Source: Monocercomonoides exilis PA203
Lineage: Eukaryota; Protista; Preaxostyla
Length of the DNA: 64,000 bases
NCBI GenBank assembly: GCA_001643675.2
Contig: LSRY02000035.1
Location: 1,010,682-1,074,681 of the forward strand
Direction of reading: 5' to 3'
This document shows, piece after piece, positions 14,245 through 27,914 of this stretch (position 1 is its first letter; each line of letters opens with the position of its first letter). The position numbers and the translations under genes were made by a program. The notes below the pieces were generated by a model, which saw only the letters and a program-made list of their open reading frames with translations, was not told the DNA's origin and ran no database searches.

Positions 14245-15564
14245 TCAGGACTGATTCATGAACTGGAAGATTGCTCTGATGCCGAGCGCAAACAGAAAAT
14301 CGTAGAAAACGATGACATAAATGATTGAAAGAATAAAATAGAATTTATATCTGTTTTCACACAAGATTTGTTCAAAAAAATCAAAAAAATGATTGTAGAA
14401 AAGAAAATATCAATGGAGAATGCAATTTTGTTGATGAAACACATCGGATGCTTTAAAGTGCTGAAAGAAGCTTGGAGTTCTGGATTTGAAGAATCTTCGC
14501 TGAATAAAAGATTTGAGAACATGATTATTGAAGAAGACGAAAGAAAAGAATGAAGGAACGAAAAGCTTCTTGTTGATCTTTGTGAATGCTATGTTTCTTT
14601 AAGTTTCTTCTTCCCATCGGAGTTGACATCAATTTGTGGTTCCTGTCTTCTGATAGTTGCCTTAAAGAAAGATGAAGACGAGGAAGCACACAAAGAAGTG
14701 GAAATGGCTTTGATAGCGATTAGCAACTTTTGCTTATTTGAAGTTAGCATTTCTTTTTCATTTTTGATAGTGTTGAATTATCTTCTTCTTCTTTTTTGAA
14801 TAGAAAATTGATAATAAACTATTCCTGAATGAAATCAAAGAAATCATCAAATATCATCAGAAACAACACAATCTTACTCAATTATCTTTTCAATCTGCTT
14901 GGGAATTCTTGATAAAGCAACAATGGTTCAACAGAAGCTTGAAGGGAGAGATTTTGAACGAACTTCATTTTGCGAGAGAGGCAACAATAGAATTGGTAGA
15001 GCTGACAAGAAATGTTGATTGGGAGAGAAAAGAAGAGAAAAGAGGAAAAGAGTCAAAAGAAAAAGCTTGTTTTGAAGAGATGGATGCAAGCATATAACAT
15101 TTATTTTGGCGAGTGTCAATTGCAGAATGAAGACTTTGTTAAGATTTTAAGCAGTATTTTCCATGTATTTCGAGCAGCAACGAAGAATAATGCAGAAATC
15201 GTTTTCATTTGTATCCAAATATATTTGGTAGCAGTGAATAAAATATTAACAGGAATTGATGACTTTCTGAAAAGCGGAGCAGTTGATTCTGGTTTGAAGG
15301 AGATTCAGCAAACAACAAATGAAAACCTCACTGCATGTATTTGTTTGGAATTCTTTTTGAAGCTTTCAGAAAGATTGAAAGGAAACTCAGACGATGAAAT
15401 GGAAGAAGAGAAAAGAAAAGAGATGAAAAGGAAAGTGCTTGAAAAAATAGAAAAAGTTTGATATGAAGATACCATCGCATGTTTTAATGAAATATTTGAT
15501 TCTAAATGAAAGTTACACTAATGAATTATCATTGGATATTTCGGATTATTTTGATAACGTTTAA
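14245..15564 (+). pseudogene. Pseudogene of the same multigene family (copy 2)
   Basis: KKISMENAILLMKHIG, KEVEMAL, SFQSAWEFL and NELHFAREA motifs are interrupted by several stops and frameshifts. Confidence 0.8.
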
Positions 15565-18500
15565 CCAAATTCGTTTCATTTTGTTTTGTTACTCAAAAAC
15601 TGTCTTTTTCAATTTTCATCATTTTGCAAAATAACAAAAAATTGATTGAAGAATTTTTGTTATTGTTTTTATTTCCTCTTTCAATAAAAAAGAAAAATCA
15701 AAAAAATCCATTATTTTTTTTCCTCAACAATAATTGTCATTGAATGAATATCAGTCTTCCGTCTTTATCTGGAAGAATCATTTTATTAAAGAAAAATATA
15801 CTGTTCAGAAATTTCCTCTGAAACCTCTGGTTCACTTTGCTTTTTCTCTTTCTCAACGCATTTTCGATGAATCCAAGAAGAAAAAATGGAATGAAATCTA
15901 TTCTTGAGAAGAATACGATCAAATATTTGAAGAAATGTTTGTTGAATTCAATGCTCAGCTTTGTGGATACCATGTGCAACAATAAACGCAGCTGAAAAAG
16001 AAGCGAATCCAATGCTCCAATTCAGAACGGGAATGGCAGAATAAGCCAATCAGAATTAATGGCTCTTCACATTCTTTTCATTTTTGTTCATTTCTTCATA
16101 TCTCTTAATTCTTTTTCTTTATTTTCAATTGTCATTCTTTGCATTTCTCTTCATTCCTTTTATCTCCTCTTCTTGAATAAGGATACTCGTTTCATTCATT
16201 TCGTCTCAAAATGCAATTCTTCATAATTTCACTCAAATTCCATCTCTATCTCTTTCTTTTTCTTTCATCATTCAGTTTTCATCTGTCTTTTCCTATTGAT
16301 GGAGAAAGAGATGAAACCTCATTCACATTCTTTTCTCACAATATCATCTAAAAGTTCTGCTCCAATTGCATTTACTCTTCAGCTGCTTTGTAACATAAAT
16401 AAATATTTCTTCATTCATCAATCATTTTCTATCCTTTTTCTCTTTCCTAAACTGATATCCCTTAATCTCTGTTCAAAATTGTTCTTTTCCTCTCCATTTT
16501 TCTTCAATTCATGAAATGTTCCAAAAATCTATTCTTCCAAATTCGCTTTTTTCTCAATTCCAATACAAATGCAATGCATTCCTTCAAATTCAACACCTTT
16601 CATTTTGGCTTGTTGAGAATGAACTGAAAAGACAAAGCAAATGAACTCACAGCTTTGATGCAAATGATTGATGTGTTCAATGGAAAAGTCTTCACTTGCC
16701 TTTTCTCTTCCATTTTCCAATAATTCTGTTTTCGTTGACACTCAAAATGAAGAAGAAGAAGAAGAAATTCTGTTTTAAATTCTCATGCTTTTTTAAAGAT
16801 AATGTTGATGATGATAGAAGAATAAGAAGAACAAAGAAATATCAGATGTGAGGTGTTTCATGTTTGTTGATAGTTTGTAGTGAAGAAAATGAAACAAAAT
16901 GTGTTTTTGGAAAACGGTGATGAAGAAGATGAAAAATGATGATTTTGGTCGAAAGAGAAGAGCTTCAAGAGAGATGAACAATGAACGAGAAATCAGCAGC
17001 AGAATTGACAGATGGATGAAATGTTGAAGAATAAATCAGTGAGTGGGAAAGTTGATTGAATTACCAATGAAGATGAAGAAAATCATGAAGATATAAATGT
17101 CTTCTGATATTCAATGTCTGCCTTCTGCTTCAAATGTCCAACAAATTGAATTGCAAATCAAATAGTTGTTCTGCCAGAACATGATAATAATTCTCCAAAC
17201 AAAAACTCAATGAAAAGAAAGTGCCAAATCCATCTCTGTGAAAGCGACTTGTCTCTCTTTTCGGTTGGGCTGATTTCCTTGTCTTCTCCACATCACTTTT
17301 CATAATCTTTTGTCATTTTCTCTTTGTTTCATTCATCTGTGTTGATGTAAATGTCAGAAATGCTTTCCAAAAAAAAGTTTCTTCAAAGGCGATGTCTAAT
17401 CGGGCAATGTTCAAAAAGAAAGGATATAATTCAGATTCACTCAATTTTCGCTCATTCCGCATCCCAATGATGGAAGAAGATGAAGACGAAAAAAATAAAC
17501 CAAATACGGCTGTCAGCAATAAAATATGTAGAAGAAGATAAGCAGATATCAGTAATGAAATTCATCTCTCTTCTGGTGCATTTTTCTTTTAATTTGAGCC
17601 AAATAAGCACATATCTTTTGCACCTCTTGCAGAAAACTCGTATTAAGAAGCTTTTCTTTCTTAAATGATGCTTTCAGAACAACATTTCATTTGCTTCGAA
17701 ACAGAAGTATTGGCAAAAGAAATGGTAATGCTTCTTCTGCAATCGGGGCTCAATATAATAAAATAATTTTCCAATTGAGAAATCTTTGAATTTGATTTTG
17801 AGAAAGTTGAAGAAGAAGAAGAGGAGGAGGAAGGAAAATAATGGTTAATATGAAAAGAAAGGAGAGAAGGGAGAAACAGAAGAAAAATAAGAAAAAGCAT
17901 CTGAAAGAGAAATGGAATGAAATGAGCTCGATGATGCTCTTTGGACGAGCTGAGTGACAAAGACAAACAAAATTCATCTAAAGAAAATGCATTCATTATG
18001 AACAGATACGAATTTCGTAATGTCCAACAGCAACAACAGAAGATTGATCCAATCCATGTTGCAACATGAGAATTTGATGGTTATTCAAACAACAAATTCT
18101 CAAATAAGAAGAAGATGTTCTTTTCATCGGCCAAATTAAAAAAAATCTCGTCAATGAAGAGATTGGAGGAGGAGAAGAAGAGACTATATAATCCGCAAAA
18201 ATGCAACTTGAAATGGATTGTCACCAGGAATGACGCTCAACATAAAAAAATGCTGTTTGCTGGAATGGAAAAATGGTTTAAAAAATACATAAAAATAATT
18301 AGTTTTGCATTGATTATAAAAATTCCTCAAAAGAACACATACACCCTCCCTATTGCAAAAGTAGAAGATTGTCCAATCACTGACGCTTTCAATCTCCTTT
18401 TCCATTGTTTCCCTATGCTCCTTTCTCCATCATCCTTTTTTCTCCTTAAATATCCTTCTTTCTATGTTTTCACACTTTTTTTCCTGAAAAAAATATCTCC

Positions 18501-19309
18501 GAATTTTTTCTTTCCAAGTGCTAGACAAATATTTCCATTCTTCTTTTAATTCTCAACCAAATGCTTTGAAATCAAATTTGTTTTCTTCCCATTTCTTTTC
18601 TGAATAATAAATTATGCAATTCACATCTGCTGATTGTATCTCAGCATCCAACTCTCTTCTGATGTTCTCCTAGGAAAATCAAATTAACGGACATTCAAAT
18701 AATTAATCAGATTCTTGCGCTCTGAGAAGGCCACTGATGGAATCATCTTTAAAAATGAACAAGAACTATAAAAACCATACAAACATTTATATATTTTCTT
18801 TCAATAATTCAGAAATTGCAATATTCACTTCAAAGACGCTTTTCACAAAAAAATCGTCTTCCCCAATTCCATCACCAATTCCCCGCTGTCTTTGCTTCGT
18901 ATCGCCACGCAAAATAATATCTCCTATCCTGCAGAAAATATTCGTTTGTTGATCTCTCATTCCAACAATGGACAATCATATTCAAAGAAAATGATGTTTT
19001 TTGATCATAATATCCATAACAACGAACAGAAAAACAGAAAAAGCGTTGTTTCTCTTCATAATATTTTGTTAAAAATGTCAGCAAAAGAAAGAACGGTTTG
19101 AATGCACATATTTTTATATCTTTTGTGGTTTTGATTTTTCATTCACTTCTTCTATCCAATGATATTCAAATTCAACGTGAATATCAAAATGGTATTGTTT
19201 TCTTGAACAATTTTAATAAAAAATCTGTATAAAGGAGACAGACAGCACAAAAAAGTTCAATGGTTTGCATTCATTGTTGCATTTGAATTCTGCCTTATTC
19301 TGATTAAAC

Positions 19310-20649
19310 TATTTTCTATTCTCAGAATTGTTTTCTGAATTGAAAGAATGCAATGAAGATGAGCAGAGAAAGAAAATAGAAGAAATGAATGAAATAGTTG
19401 ATGAAATGAATATGAAAGAATTCAAATCCATTTTCACTCCATATCTGTTCAATAATGTTGATAAAATGATTGAAAAAGAGAAAATGTCAATGGAAAATGC
19501 GATTTTTCTGCAGAAAAATGTTGGATTTTGCAATGCGTTGAAAAGAATTTGCATTGAAGGATTTGAATATTCAACATTGTACAAAAGAATTGAAAAGATG
19601 ATTGCTGACGAAGAGAAGAAAGAAGAAAAGAATGAAAAACTTCTTGTCGATCTTTGGGAATGCAATCTTTTGCTAAGTTACCAACTCGATTCGAAAATGC
19701 TTTCAATTTGTGTGCCTTGTCTTCTGAAATTTGCATTGAAGAAAGAGGAAGACGAGGAAACTCCAAAAGAAGTGGAAATGGCTTTGCTATCTTTGAGCAA
19801 TATTAAATTTTATGTATGAACATTATTATTACATTTTTGAAATCATTGTGGCTTTTTAAAATATATTTTGATTAGCGTGCTGAAAAAGAACTGTATTTGA
19901 ATGAGATCAAAGAGATTATCCGAAATCATCAGGAGCATCACAACCTCACCCGACTTGCCTATCAGTCTGCTTGGCAGTTTTTGATGAACCGATCACTTGT
20001 ATATAGAGATTTAAAAGGAATTGTTATGAATGAACTGCATTTTGCCAGAGAGGTGGGAAAAGAACTGGAAGAGTTTGCGAAATGTGTGGATTGGAAGAAA
20101 GAGAAAGAAGAGGAAATGGGAAAAGAAACGAAAGAAAAGCTTGTGTTGATGAGATGGTTCCATGTGTTGTTTATTTTCTTCGGTTTATGCAACTTATGGA
20201 ATGAAGAATTTATTGGGCTTGTTGGGGGCATTGCTTGGGTGTTAAGGGCGGCAAAGGAAAATCACAAAAAAATAAGCGAGAAATACATTTATTTGTTGGG
20301 AAATGCAGCGAAAAGAAGAGATGTGAAAGTTGAAGGATTGTTGAAAATTGGAGTAGTCGATTCAGTTTTGGAGGAGATTCAGCAGTCAACGTTGAATGAA
20401 GGCGTGACATTTCAAAGCTGTCACTTCTTTTTGAAGATTTCAGAAAGATTGAAAGAAAAGACGGATAATGATGAATTGGAAGAAGGGAATAGAAAGGCAA
20501 CGAAAATGGAGATATTCGAAAAGTTGGAAGAAGAAGGATACGACGATACCATCACAAGTTATCATGAATTTTTACATCTTCTTAAAGTGAACAAAATTGA
20601 TTTTGATGCAATTTCGTTGGATATTTCTGAATATTTTGTGAATGTTTAA
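19310..20649 (+). CDS. Same multigene family (copy 3), apparently intact; 5' end uncertain
   Basis: ORFs 19328-19819 and 19897-20649 join in frame when the GT-AG intron 19814-19875 is removed. The protein ends KLEEEGYDD...YFVNV. Confidence 0.8.
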
Positions 20650-20722
20650 GTCCAAAGCGCTTTTTCTATTTCTGATTATTTGGAAATTGTTTTTGTTGAG
20701 TCAGAAAAAGAAAGGAAACAAA

Positions 20723-21187
20723 AGAAGAAGAAGAAGAAGAAGAAGAAGAAGAAGAGAGGAAGAATTTGATAACAATCCGAAAAGAGTTTTTTTATCTGTA
20801 CGTACAATGCCAATTTATTCTTCATCTATCTCCTTCAACAACTTCTTCAAAAACAACAACAACAACAACAACTTCTTCTTCTTCTTCCTCCTCCTCCTCT
20901 TCTTCTTCTTTTTCCTCCTCCTCCTCCTCCTCCTCCTCCTCCTCCTCCTCCTCTTCTTCTTCTTCTTCTTCTTCTTCTTCTTCCTCCTCCTCCTCCTCCT
21001 CCTCCTCCTCCTCCTCCTCCTCTTCTTCTTCTTCTTCCTCCTCCTCCTCCACTTCTTCTTCTTTTTCCTCCTCCTCCTCCTCCTCCTCCTCCTCCTCCTC
21101 CTCCTCCTCCTCTTCTTCTTCTTCTTCTTTTTCCTCCTCCTCCTCCTCCTCTTCTTCTTCCTCCTCCTCCTCCTCCTCTTCTTCTTC
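20723..21187. repeat. Compound trinucleotide microsatellite: (GAA)n, (CAA)n, then about 315 bp of alternating (TCT)n/(TCC)n blocks
   Basis: Directly visible in the sequence. Confidence 0.95.
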
Positions 21188-22753
21188 GAATTCTTTGCAA
21201 ACAAATCATTTCATTCCAGAAATCAATGAAAACATGAAAAATTCTTCCTTTATTGATTCTTCTCATTCTCCTTCTCCTTCTCCTTCTCCTTCTTCTTTTT
21301 CTTCGAACTATTTTTCAACAAGATTTCCGCATGCTCACATGCCATTGATGCCTGACTTGTGAACACGAAGAGCATCGAAGCGGAAATAAAATGAAAAAGA
21401 TTAAATTAAACATAAAGAAGTTGATGACGAAAGAAACAAAGTGTATGAGAAAGAAAATCCAATGTATTTAATTCTTTTTTCTTTCATTTTAATCTCTTCG
21501 TTTGTTCTTCTTTTTCAGCACCTTAGCAGCCTGTTGCATGACGGACTCTTCGATAGACACAAATGGAGAAGAGAGAGAACAGGAAAATGATAGAAAACTC
21601 TTATCAGATGAAAGTTTATAGAATAAGTTGAGAGCATGTTTGCCGAATTAAGCTGTTTAATTTGACAAGCGTTGCCATATGAATCTGTTTTATTCAGATA
21701 AGTGATGATTCTAACGACAAAAGGCGAATGCTTCGGAGACGAACAGGCGGAATATGCAGAGCTTAAAGAGAAAAAATTTAAGAATGAAGCTTCAGAGCCA
21801 AAAGCAGTTTCAGCAATTGACTAATAATTCCGATTTTTGAAATATTTCAACTTTTTTGAAGTGCAAATGAGTTTTGTGATTCGTTTCTTCTTTTTTTAGT
21901 TCATTGAATCATCATCATATTCTTCAACAAACTCATAATGGATTTATTAAGAGTTTAATTCCTTCTTTCTGAACAGTTTTTTTCCTGTGATAATTCCGCA
22001 ACTCAGTTGATTACAGACACATCAAGTGGAAGTGATATAATTCATACAAAATTGTTGGAAGAAGCACATGCAAATGCACCAAATGCGAAGAAGAAGGGGA
22101 AGGAAGGAGAAGATAAAGAGAAAAGAAAGGGAAAGAAGTGGATGAAGAAGTTTTCATTCGGAGTTTGAATCAAAGTTTGCAGTTCAATGAGTATTTAACA
22201 ACTTCTTTTCAATCAAGCAGTTTTGTGATTCAAAGAAAATCAAATTACAAAAGGAAGAAATATTGAGAAACCTCATATTCGTTTTTTCAAATTTCTACAA
22301 AGCCTATCCTTCATGAAATTTTGCTTTTTAGAACAATTAACGAAATTTCTTCAAAATTCTATTTCAAAGGAAAGAAAATGAAAGAAAATGTGAAGAAAAA
22401 TTTTGAAAAGAAATTCTATATTAAAAAACAACAATTTAGAAACGAAAAGCTGAGGTAAATTCCTTGTTTGAACAAAAATATGAAAGTGTCAAAAAATTTA
22501 TTTGTTTATGGTTTTTGGATCATTATTTAAATTTGATGTAAAGGGGTTATGGGGCATAATATTTTATTGCGTTTTTAATGTGAATGTTTTTAATACACCA
22601 AAATGAATGGAATTAATAAATGTGAATAAAAAAAATATTCATTAAATTTTAACGAGATTGATAAAGATAGTTATAAAAATGAAATTTTGCTTTTGTTTTT
22701 TTTTTCATTTTATTTTATTTCATTTTATTTTGTTAAACCAAATGAAAATGCAA

Positions 22754-22860
22754 AATTCGCAATAGAGCGAATCTACAAACGCAAGGAGCAGGTTTGCTCC
22801 TCAATAATGAGTGTATTATAAATTATGGGTGGTTTTAGATCAAACTTTGCCAACAATTTA
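22754..22860 (+). repeat. DIRS left inverted terminal repeat
   Basis: The first 59 bp match the reverse complement of 28024-28082 at 57/59. Positions 22789-22860 align loosely with the reverse complement of about 28690-28762 (caggtttgctcc..taatgagt..ttatggg.ggttt). Confidence 0.8.
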
Positions 22861-22892
22861 ATTTTTCTCACATACCATTGTCCGCTTGTTAG

Positions 22893-23951
22893 ATGACGCA
22901 AGACACGGTTAGAGTACCGAACAGCAACGGTGAAGACAGAAGTTTTGATTTGATGCACAGACTTTCAAGTGTAGAAGATATGATTGAAGAAATTTCAAGA
23001 AGCCAAACACAAGCAATGCAGTCGGGAGCTACGGAGTTGCTGCCAACGAGGAAAGTTAAGAGGGAACGAGCTAGGAGAAGAAGCAGATCGAGATCGAGCG
23101 AGTCGGAGTCGGACGAAGAATTTGGTGATCTGATCGCGAGACGGAAACAAGGAAAGCGTGAGAAAAGACGTTCCACATATAGCCGAATGAAAAGACGGGA
23201 AGACGAAGAGGATAGCGACTGGGATTCTGAAGAGCTGGGAGCGCTGGAAGAGAAAGAAGGAACAGAAGACTTTACAAGAATTTTTCCCAGGGAGTGGTTG
23301 ACACCCCGGTGACAAGCGAGCGAGTTGAGGAAATTCATTGAGTTCTGTAAGGCTGGATCGTTAAGAATGAATGATGATATACTGAATACATTTATTCCAG
23401 ATTACGAGAAGGAGTTTTTTACAGGACACAGAGACACAAATTGGAATGCGCTAGCCAGAACAGCCATCACAACAAAGGGGAGAAGAGATTCACCTGAAGC
23501 GAGTCGAGTAATTGATATCCTCCAGCCGGCCCTAGAGTCGGGCTTTGAAGCATCGAAAGCTATTGCAGCCCTTGTGGCAAGTGAGTTAAGGAAAACACAT
23601 ATTGAAGATGAGGAGAAAGAACGACTGAGAGGACTGTTTTGCGCCTATGCGCTTATCGCCGACTGTATCAACAGAATTAACCTACTAAAGGTTATACCCA
23701 AATCGGGCTGGGAGAGCGCGAAAGGCTTTCAAGAAGGAGGAATGTCCAAGGAGGTGCCGGAGAACCTGAAGAAGCTGGAAGAAAGCACCAGCTTTTTTCA
23801 AGTAGAGGGAGATGCAACAGGATACGGGGCATCTCCCGACACCACAACAGGTTTCGGGCCCGCAACGGCCAGAGGCGGGATCCCGAGAAGATACAGTTCG
23901 GCAAGGAGCACCCAAGGATTCGTATACAGACAGCTCCAAAGAAGGGGTTAA
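22893..23951 (+). pseudogene. DIRS ORF1 (gag-like), split by an in-frame stop at 23310-23312
   Basis: Two same-frame ORFs (22893-23312 and 23325-23951) lie between the left ITR and the RT. The gag call rests on position only. Confidence 0.6.
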
Positions 23952-24346
23952 CGCAGGAGCTTCACAGATTTCAGGGGAAAGAAGAGAACGCCACAGTTCC
24001 AGGCCCAGTTCGTCCCAACAATAACGGGAAAGACAGTCCCCATTACGGGACCATTACCACCAGCTCCCCCAAGAACCCAAGGAGGGACAGCGATGGAATC
24101 AACAATTGGATCCAACAAATGGTAGCGAGAGTAGAGAGAGAAGAGAGAACCGCGCTTTGCCGCGAGACCGAGAGGGACAGAAAGCCGTCGAATTCCTTAG
24201 GAGCGACAGTACAACAAGGAGTGTCATTCAATCGGCAGATAGTTACAAAAAGGGAACACGTGGAAGTTTGTGAGAACATCGAAGAGGCACTGAACCCGTT
24301 CGATCGCGAGAAGAGGATAAATCAAGATATCTAGAGAGATCACGAG

Positions 24347-26541
24347 ATGGGAACATGGAGAGAGATCATAGAAGGAGACTCCGTATATCCCCGCAGGACA
24401 AGATTCAAGAACAATAAGAGATTCGAGAAGGAAAACAAGAAGGTAGTCTGGAGAGCTTCTGTGACTGCTACCGAGTCCCAAATTGTGAGCGCCCTGGAGG
24501 TGAGCTCGAAGACAGTTATTGCAGATATTCACGAAGGAAAAGGAAATACACAGATACAGTTTGGCCACAAGACGCTAGGAGTGAAGAGGAGAACAGCGAG
24601 TGGACCACCGAAGGAGCCACTTCCTGGGAGACTGGTGAACAGGCTGAGCGAGTGGAAGAAGATTGGGGGAGACAAACTAGTGAGCCGTGGTATAAGAGTT
24701 CGATGGAGAAGTCCCCAGTCACCAATCTCACTCGAGAAGAGAAAACACAGACACGTATTTCGGGGGACGATGGAGATGACGAGGAATTATATATCCCTCT
24801 TGGAGGAGGAGTTAAAGGACGGAGTGGTCAAGCCCATACAGGAGTCGGAGGTGAAGTGGTTCAACCCGACATTCATGGTGAAAAAGAAAAACGGAAAGTG
24901 GAGAAAGATACTAGATTGCAGGGCGCTAAACGAGGAAGTGCAGGGAAAACACATCAAGATGGATTCACAGGAGACAGTGGTGGAACTCATGGAGGAGAAC
25001 GATTGGATGACCACTCTGGACATATCGAGTGCATACCAGCATGTAAAGGTGGACGAACAATTCAGTCCCCACCTGTGCTTCAGCTTTCAGAATCAATGTT
25101 ACGCTTACGTAGGGATGCCCTTTGGAGCGAAGGACGCGCACTGAGTATTCACGAAGATAATTTGAAGGGCAGCCTCGTTCATCAGAGAACAGTGGAAGGT
25201 AAAGCAGGTAATATATTTGGACGACATTCTCCTCATGCACCCAGACAGGTATGCAATTGAGATTAATCATGCTGGATATAGCACAGTTCCTGAGAAATCT
25301 GGGCTGGATACATTCGGAAGAGAAATTGAACTTGTAACCAACAAGGAGCGTGGAGTTTTTGGGATGGCAGTGGAATTCAGAGAAGATGGAGCTGACGCTT
25401 TAAGAGAGGAAGAAAGTTCTGCTGCTGGAGGACGTGCGAACTTGGATTGCATATGCAAAGAGATGGAAGAGTCAAAAGACAAAAGAGCTGGCAGTACTCC
25501 TCTGGAGGCTGAATTTTGTGAGGCTGCAACACCCACCAGCAAGCTTGTGGATTAAGCGCATGCAATACGTGCTGAGGTAGGCAATAGCCCGCGGGGGCTG
25601 GAAGGGAACTGTTATAGTCAACTCAACGTTGTTGGGAGAATTAACACATTGGAGGAAAACACTGCAAGAGAACAGACCGAGGTGTCTGAGGAAGAGAACA
25701 AGGCCAGCAGAATTAACTAAAGATGCGTTAGAGACGGGATGGGGCGCAGTGTTAACAGTACCGAGAGAGAACAAAGAGGAGAAGATTTATGTCCACGGAA
25801 GTTGGACCCTCCAGTAGAGCATGCTAGCGATCAACGAAAAGGAGTCCAGAGCAGTGTTGAGAACTATCGAGAGAAAGGGAGCATGGACGCAACAAAAGAG
25901 AATAGATCATATTCGTCTAAAGACTGACAACATGTCCACGAGATGGACGATTCACAAGAAAAGTGGAGCGCCATCGCTCATTCAAACGCTGAGAGCATTG
26001 GAGAAGAAACTGAACAGCCTGGACATTACGATACAAACGGAACATCTCCGGGGAGAGCAGAACACTGAGCAGATGCACTCAGCCGGATGGCGAGAAAGCC
26101 GGACTATGCACTGAGGGGGGAGAAAGTCGCATAGATATTACAAATAGTCGCACCGAGAATGCCAGATACAATTTCAGAACCGATTGCGCTGGTGCCCTGC
26201 GGAAGTACTTGGAGACTATCCTCTCTGAGAAGGAAGAGAGAGAGAGAAACGCAAGAAAACGAGATAGTGCTAGTCTGTTACTAAGAGACATTGGACGGGT
26301 GCTGAAAGAGAGAATGAACGAGCCTCAGAGGGATCTGACGATTCTGATTCTGCCGGCCTGGCGGGGGCAGACCTGGACCCCGCTACTGCAGCCTGGGCAT
26401 TCGATAAAGGCCCTGGGGACCTTTCAGGAGTGCATGAAACCGGGAGCGAAGATGAGAAGAGAAGGTTGGAAACTACCCCCAGGAGAGGAAATAAGCGTTA
26501 TACTGGAGAAGAGAATATGCAGGGAAGGGACCTCTTCTTAA
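24347..26541 (+). pseudogene. DIRS pol: reverse transcriptase, RNase H and N6-adenine-methyltransferase-like domain, disrupted
   Basis: RT motifs: WFNPTFMVKKKNGKWRKILDCRALN, TLDISSAYQHV, GMPFG, YLDDIL (about 25214). RNase H motifs: TKDALETGWGAVL, INEKESRAV, LKTDNMS, EHLRGEQN. MT-like motif: ILILPAWRGQTWTPLL. Multiple stops and frameshifts. Confidence 0.9.
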
Positions 26542-26660
26542 CATGTGGAGAATAAGTTGGAGCGAGGGATATTGAAGCAGCAATACAAAAAAATCAGAAG
26601 AGTGAAAGAGATGTATGGAGAGCGCTGCGAAGATTAAAGCAACTCCTGGATGGGGAAAGC

Positions 26661-27914
26661 ATGGATGACACTGATCCCCTCACAAACAAAGATGCAAAGT
26701 GGATTATGGCAGAGTTCACCGAAACACTCTCGAATACGAACCTCTCAAACGGAGTGATTCATCAGACAGTACGGAAAGTACTGGAGTCCATCAACCTTTT
26801 TAGAGAAACCAAGATGTATCGAAAGGACATAGAAATATTTCTAAAGACTTATGTGGGGGATAAGCCAAGAAGGGGCAAACGATACAAATCAATGTGGGAC
26901 TTGACAATCATCACAAAATGGGCTGAAATCACCTACAACGCAAAAGAAGTTCGAACACTCCAGAGGAGAGCCCTCATCCTCACCATGATTTTTAGAGCGT
27001 TAAGGCCTGCGGAGTTAGAAAGAATGAGAAGAGAGACGATGATAGTCAAGGATAATACAATACTCACACAAGTACGAACCAAGACGTTGCGAGGTGAGGT
27101 TATCAAAGTTATTATCAATAAACACACCAATTTACGAATTGATGCAATAGACGTCCTCCAACGTTTGATTGAGTTCACAAAGACAACTTTTAAGGATGAA
27201 CAGGTGTGGTTTGATATAGAAGGGAGTAGACCTGCTAACCTGCAGAAGATTAAAGAAGAACTAACGGCTATTTTGAGAGAGAACGAAATACCCGAAACTT
27301 TCACCGCATTCTCGATTGTACATGCAGTGATAACGCACTTAACCAAACAACAAGATCCAGATTTGAAAGTAATCAATGCGTACGTGAGATGGGCGCCAGG
27401 TTCTAGAGTAGTCCAGGAGTATTACACCGTGTTTCCGGTCCAAGACACAAATTGGATCCTGGAGACAATCGGTGGATCAGTACTCCAGGGGGGAGAAGAG
27501 AACAAGCCAGATAGGAGCGGAGATACGAAGGAAGGGACGCTGGAGATAGCAGAGGCAGATACGAAAAATCACACCGATGAATCACCAAAAGCGGGATTTG
27601 AAGAAGGGAAGAAACCTATGAGAAAGCGATCAAAAGGGAGAAAGAAACTCCTGAGTGAAGAAGGAAAGAAAAGTGAAACGGTTCAGTCACGAAGCTCTAC
27701 ACCCCGACGACCAGGCAGTCAGAGGACACCCTCCATTATACCCAATAATATCTGTGAGCTGATGGGAGAGAAGGATTCAACTCCCCTGAAAAAGAGAGGA
27801 AAGGATCGGAGAAAGCGCAATGGAAGAAGTATAGGACAGATAGGGGATAGCAATGAGGAGGCAAGGGCCAGACCGATGTCTCCTCAAAGAGATCCCAAGA
27901 GGGAGCGGGTGTAG
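26661..27914 (+). CDS. DIRS tyrosine recombinase (HxxR motif degenerate, probably inactive)
   Basis: RYKSMWDL, ALRPAELERM (catalytic R), VRTKT, FTAFSIVHA (altered HSxR) and VRWAPGSRVVQEYY (W and Y). Confidence 0.8.
   Translation: MDDTDPLTNKDAKWIMAEFTETLSNTNLSNGVIHQTVRKVLESINLFRETKMYRKDIEIFLKTYVGDKPRRGKRYKSMWDLTIITKWAEITYNAKEVRTLQRRALILTMIFRALRPAELERMRRETMIVKDNTILTQVRTKTLRGEVIKVIINKHTNLRIDAIDVLQRLIEFTKTTFKDEQVWFDIEGSRPANLQKIKEELTAILRENEIPETFTAFSIVHAVITHLTKQQDPDLKVINAYVRWAPGSRVVQEYYTVFPVQDTNWILETIGGSVLQGGEENKPDRSGDTKEGTLEIAEADTKNHTDESPKAGFEEGKKPMRKRSKGRKKLLSEEGKKSETVQSRSSTPRRPGSQRTPSIIPNNICELMGEKDSTPLKKRGKDRRKRNGRSIGQIGDSNEEARARPMSPQRDPKRERV

Noticed and set aside
15737-19100. Short ORFs and coding-like fragments, also at 10.5-12 kb and 21.4-22.4 kb
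   Set aside because: Low complexity, many stops and no recognisable motifs, so no call can be supported.
20642-21266. Poly-Leu/Phe, poly-Arg/Lys and poly-Gly ORFs
   Set aside because: Translation artefacts of the trinucleotide repeat.
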